Source of the DNA: Fimicolochytrium jonesii
Lineage: Eukaryota
Reading direction: 5' to 3'
Length of the DNA: 64,000 nucleotides
Assembly: GCF_025526975.1 (NCBI RefSeq)
Contig: NW_026515673.1
Location: 496,001-560,000, forward strand
Both the position numbers and the translations under genes were made by a program. Below the pieces are notes generated by a model that was not told the DNA's origin, did not search any database, and worked only from the letters and a program-made list of their open reading frames with translations. How positions within the stretch are numbered: position 1 is the first letter of the stretch; each line of letters starts with the position of its first letter. Below are positions 60,066-64,000 of this stretch, in pieces.

Positions 60066-61416
60066 ATGGAGGTGGGTTTCCCCTCTGCCAACACACGGGA
60101 ACAAGAGGACGACGCTGTGGCCGAGCTTTTTTTTAAGTCATACTTGACGAGGAACGCTGCAAAGGTTATTGGTGATGGCCGGCAAGGTTCATTGCCGGGG
60201 AAGAGGGGGAACCGCACCCGGGGGTGGCTCCGCGGCCACCTGCAGTTCATCGCTGACTACTTTGGGCCGGACGAGCTGTCACTTGGCGGAGAAGCTGAAT
60301 TCACTCGGACGTATGGCATCACTTTTGAGATGTTTGACACCCTGTGCAATGTTATTGCGGCCTATGATGCATACTTCCGTCAGACGCGGGATGCCTTTGG
60401 GAAACTGGGCATCTCCACACAATTGAAGATCTGTATTGGACTTGAGTACCTCCGCACTGCGAGAGCATACAAGTCCAACTCGCAGTATCTTTGAGTTTCA
60501 GGGGAAACCGCCCGCCTCACAGTCGTACGCTTTCTCCACGCTATGGTCGAGCTTTACACCCCAGTGTACCTCACCCCGCCGTCAGTCTCCCAAACCCAGG
60601 ACATACTGAAACTCAATGAGGATGCGGGGTGGCCAGGCATGCTGGAAAGCATTGATTGCATGCACGTCGTGTGGAAAAACTGTCCTTCCGCTCACCAGGG
60701 GCAGTAACTTGACAAGGACGGGAATTTCTCCATCATCCTCGAGGGTGGGTGGGCGTCCTCCCCAGGGGTACTTTCCCCTGGGTCCCTTCCTCTCCTCACT
60801 TGCTTACTCCTTTTTTTCTCAGCGGTGGCCCAGCACGACCTTTATATCACGCATGCGTTCTTTGGAATGACTGGGACGAACAACGACAAGACCGTGTGGG
60901 AACATTCTCCCCTGCGGCATCGCATTTTGCGGGGTGCCGCGCCCCAAGTGTCATTCGAAGTCAATGGACAAACTTATCATGAAGGGTATTACCTTGCCGA
61001 TGGCATATACCCTGATGAGACGTGCTTTGTCAAGTCATTGACCCAACCATTGTCGGATGTGGAGAAGCTTTTCACCCAGAGGCAGGAGTCCCAGCGGAAA
61101 GACGTGGAGAGGGCCTTTGGCGTTTTGCGACAGCGTTGGGAGTTCCTCCGCCAGCCCGTCAAGCTGCACAAAGAATCACTCATCAAGCGGGGTGTATTGA
61201 CATGCATCATTCTCCACAACTGGCATATCATCAAGCGGAGATGGAGGGATGGCTGGCATATGCCCGACGAAGGGTCGGCAACTGTCACAGATGGGCAGGG
61301 TGATACTTGTGGGGGGTCTGGGGACGCTACCCAGGGGGGGGAAATCAATGCGGAGCGTGGCCGCAAATTGAAGGATCCTCTCATGCACCTGCGTTTGAGG
61401 AGCGATATAGCCCAGC
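60066..61416 (+). pseudogene. PIF/Harbinger-type DDE transposase (Plant_tran-like) with two in-frame stops, one intron (60745-60822) and a C-terminus truncated by an LTR insertion
   Basis: YFRQTRDAFGKLG, GWPGMLESIDCMH..WKNCP, ILEAVA..LYITHAFFG..GTNND, YYLADGIYP, QESQRKDVERAFGVL; stops at 60492-60494 (TGA) and 60705-60707 (TAA). Confidence 0.9.
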
Positions 61417-61946
61417 TGTTATGAATGGGTGGAGCCGATGGAAATAGAGGCGACTTGTGGTGCAGGTTGTTGACAGGTAATGGTATTCAGACCGAAACAA
61501 GAACTAGAACAAGACTAGGAAGAACTGGTGTTGATCTGCTGGGGGATCAGGACGTGGGGAGCTCAGGGGAGGCGGCTATTTATGTTTTTCTGGGAAGGCT
61601 GGGGAAGCGTGGGGAAGCAGAAGGGTACGGAATGAGAGGGAAGCCAAGAGAAGCGCCAAGGGTGGGGAAGCATAGAAACAGAAGACTGGGGATGGGGTGG
61701 CTACGCTGAGGCTGTGGGCGGGTACGTGGGGAAGTATGGAGAAGGGTTTGTAAGCGCCGAGTGTTGGGAGGTGTGGCTACGTGCGGCTGCGTGGAGAAAT
61801 GAAGGCAGTGGCAGGTGTGGGGTAGCGCGGCTGCGTGCGGCTGCGAGGTTTGGCAGATGTCAGGTTTTGACAGGGAATTGACATTGACTGACTGTTGGGA
61901 TGCTGTCATGAGGTAAGCGCATGGTATGGACGCGTCGTCCATAACA
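61417..61946 (-). repeat. 3' LTR (530 bp)
   Basis: Inverted termini TGTTATG (61417) / CATAACA (61946); the first 54 nt recur at 63947-64000 with one mismatch. Confidence 0.9.
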
Positions 61947-61962
61947 TCACCCCCTCCTTTAG
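61947..61962 (-). promoter_or_regulatory. Polypurine tract (minus strand CTAAAGGAGGGGGTGA)
   Basis: Directly abuts the LTR TG start on the element strand. Confidence 0.85.
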
Positions 61963-63946
61963 CCACGGCGTCCGGATGTTGTTTTGATGTTGGCAGGCTT
62001 TGGTCGGGGTTTGTCGGGGTACTTTTGGTGGAATTGGGCAACAAGCTCTTGACATCGGGCAAGGTGTTCCACTGGCTCCCATGTGTTCTCCGAGCTTGGC
62101 CAACCCTGCCACTTGATGAGGTACTGAAGGTGCGTGCGTCAAATACGGGAGTCAAGAATGTCTTCCACAATCCATTCCTCCTGTCCTTCGACTTCTTCTG
62201 GTGGGGTGGGTTCTGGCTCAGTTCGCTCCGGAATGGTGAAACGTGGTTCAAGAAGGGACACATGGAAGACGTTGTGAATTTTGTAGGATGGGGGAAGCTT
62301 GAGGCGATATGTGACCGAGTTGATCTTCTCCGTGATTGTGAAGGGGCCAATCTTAAGGTGATCAAGTTTCTGGGAAGGTCGGAGAGTCTTGAGATTCCGT
62401 TGTAAGAGCCAGACACTGTCCCCGGGTTTCATGTCTGGGCCAGGTGCCCTCTTAGCATCGGCAAAGCGCTTCATGCGTCCTTGGGCCTCCTTGAGCTCAG
62501 TGGCAAGCTGTTCATGGATTTCCTTGAGATGGTTGGCACGAGCTTCGGCTGCAGGATCAAGGGATTCGGTTGTGGTGGCGGAAGCCAGACTGAATTGAGG
62601 ATGGAACCCATAGTTGGCGTAGAAGGGGGTTGTCTGGGTGGCGATGGTGTTATTGTAAGAGAACTCAGCAGAAGACAAGAGTTCCTTCCAGTTATCTTGT
62701 TGATAGTGGCAAAAGCAGCGAAGGTATTGCTCAAGAATCTGATTGGTCCGCTCGGTTTGTCCATCGCTCTGGGGATGGAACGCCGATGAGAGGTTGACCT
62801 TGGTTCCCAGGAGAGCGAAGAGACGTTTCCAGAAGTGGGAGTTGAACTGTGGGCCACGGTCAGATACAATATCGTCGGGGAGTCCATGGAGCCGGATGAC
62901 ATGGTGCCAGATGAGATCCGCAGTTGACTCAGCGGTGGCAGTTTTCCTGCACGGTACAAAGTGCGCCATCTTGGTGAACCGGCAGATGACAACGAGCACA
63001 GAATCAACCCCATCACTGGCGGGTAGATCCGTGATGAAGTCCATGGAAATTGACCCCCAGGGGCGGTCAGGGACCTGCAGGGGTTGGAGGAGACCGTAGG
63101 GCTTGTGTCTGCTGGTCTTGGCTTGAGCACATACGTCGCAGGACCTGATGTAGGACTTGACAAAACGCCATTGGCTAGGCCACCAGTAGTTGCGTGAGAT
63201 GAGCTCCAGGGTCTTTGACATGCCGTAGTGTCCTGCCAAACGCGTGTCATGCATGTCCCGGCAGATCTCAGCACGGAGCTTGTTGGTGGGGACGTAGACA
63301 AGGTTGTCGTACAGCAGAACCCCATTTTCCTCGGAGAATCGCTTTATCCGTTCTTGGTCTTCTTGAGATTGCTGGGCAATGGGGGCCCTAAGCTGTCGCC
63401 GGATGGTTTGCGCAAACACATCGGATGCCAGGGCAGCTTTGATTTGGTCAAGGAGCGAGGAGTCCAGTGGGGTCAGATAAGTGGCGGCCAGGCGGAGATG
63501 GTCAGGGGTGAGGATCGTGGTTTCCTGGGAGCGGAATGCTTCTTCCCCCTCCCTTAGCTCGTATTCAGAGCGACGAGAGAGGGCGTCAGCTTGGTGTTGC
63601 TGGGTACCAGGGCGGTATGTGATGACAAAGTCGAAATCAGCAAAGAAGATTGACCAGCGGGATTGGCGGCGGTTGAGGGTACGGGTAGTCATGAAGTACT
63701 GGAGGTTCTTGTGGTCACAGTAAACGATGACCTTGTGGCGGGCACCAATGAGGTGGTGTCGCCATTGAGCAAATGAGTCTTGGATAGCCAGGAGTTCCTT
63801 GTCGTAGATCTCATAGTTGATTTCCTCAGGAGTAAATTTGCGGGAGTGAAAGGCCACGGGGTGGAGTTGATCTGTGTCATCGGGTTGAAGGAGGACGGCG
63901 CCAAGGGCAAAGTCGGAGGCATCGGATTCGACAATGAAGGGCTTGT
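61959..63946 (-). pseudogene. pol: Gypsy pol fragment: RNase H, integrase (HHCC zinc finger, DDE core, GPY/F) and chromodomain with a premature TGA at 62139-62141
   Basis: KPFIVESDASDFALGAVL, NYEIYDKELLAI, GHYG..CDVC, SMDFITDLP, IVSDRGPQF, HPQSDGQTER, IGPF, WIVEDILDSRI*..YLIKWQGW..ENTWEP. Confidence 0.92.
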
Positions 63947-64000
63947 TGTTATGAATGGGCGGAGCCGATGGAAATAGAGGCGACTTGTGGTGCAGGTTGT
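63947..64000 (-). mobile_element. End of a second LTR of the same family, nested in pol at the RT/RNase H junction
   Basis: 53/54 identity to 61417-61470; interrupts the pol frame just before KPFIVESD. Confidence 0.85.

Larger units (their letters stand above)
61417..64000 (-). mobile_element. Ty3/Gypsy chromovirus LTR retrotransposon, 3' part (RNase H-integrase-chromodomain, PPT, 3' LTR); continues beyond the window
   Basis: LTR with TGTTATG..CATAACA ends, adjacent polypurine tract, pol ORF on the minus strand. Confidence 0.93.

Noticed and set aside
58600..61416. Fanzor/TnpB or other RNA-guided nuclease cargo in the transposon region
   Set aside because: I saw no RuvC or zinc-finger motifs in the ORF track or in the frames I translated by hand
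61490..61850. Short repeats (AGAAC/AAGACT, GGCTGCGTG) and the 278-aa ORF 61580-62416
   Set aside because: Internal LTR repeats and an alternative-frame ORF; no repeat-spacer regularity, so not CRISPR-like
1..64000. tRNA, rRNA or CRISPR arrays
   Set aside because: None recognised by eye; tRNAscan/Rfam were not run, so small RNA genes cannot be excluded

Overview
Gene-dense eukaryotic DNA with short GT-AG introns. It is most likely an early-diverging fungus (chytrid-like); this is an inference from the class C GPCR, canonical PARG, APSES/KilA-N protein and intron style. Positions 1-58.5 kb hold about 19 protein genes: an MFS transporter, ERV1, a class C GPCR with two bacterial-type sugar-binding domains, acylphosphatase, a PPR protein, a coiled-coil protein, a YhgE/Pip-SNG1-like membrane protein, PARG, COQ6, ATL1, SAS10, CWC22, XPB/SSL2, MTR4, a VSB1-like SulP-STAS-cNMP protein, an S9A oligopeptidase, a multi-RRM protein, a Gds1-winged-helix/KilA-N protein and RPO41. 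The last ~5.5 kb is a transposon nest. A decayed PIF/Harbinger-type transposase is cut by a chromodomain Ty3/Gypsy element, which is itself interrupted by a second copy of its own LTR. The most unexpected signals are (1) a ~200-300 nt structured element present twice (2.2-2.4 kb and 40.7-41.0 kb), both times starting just after a GTGAGT splice-donor sequence (introner-like or intronic RNA candidate); (2) the GPCR domain architecture; (3) the winged-helix plus double KilA-N protein; and (4) a shared extended E-box motif in divergent promoters. All calls come from reading motifs by eye; no database searches were run, and exon boundaries are manual estimates.
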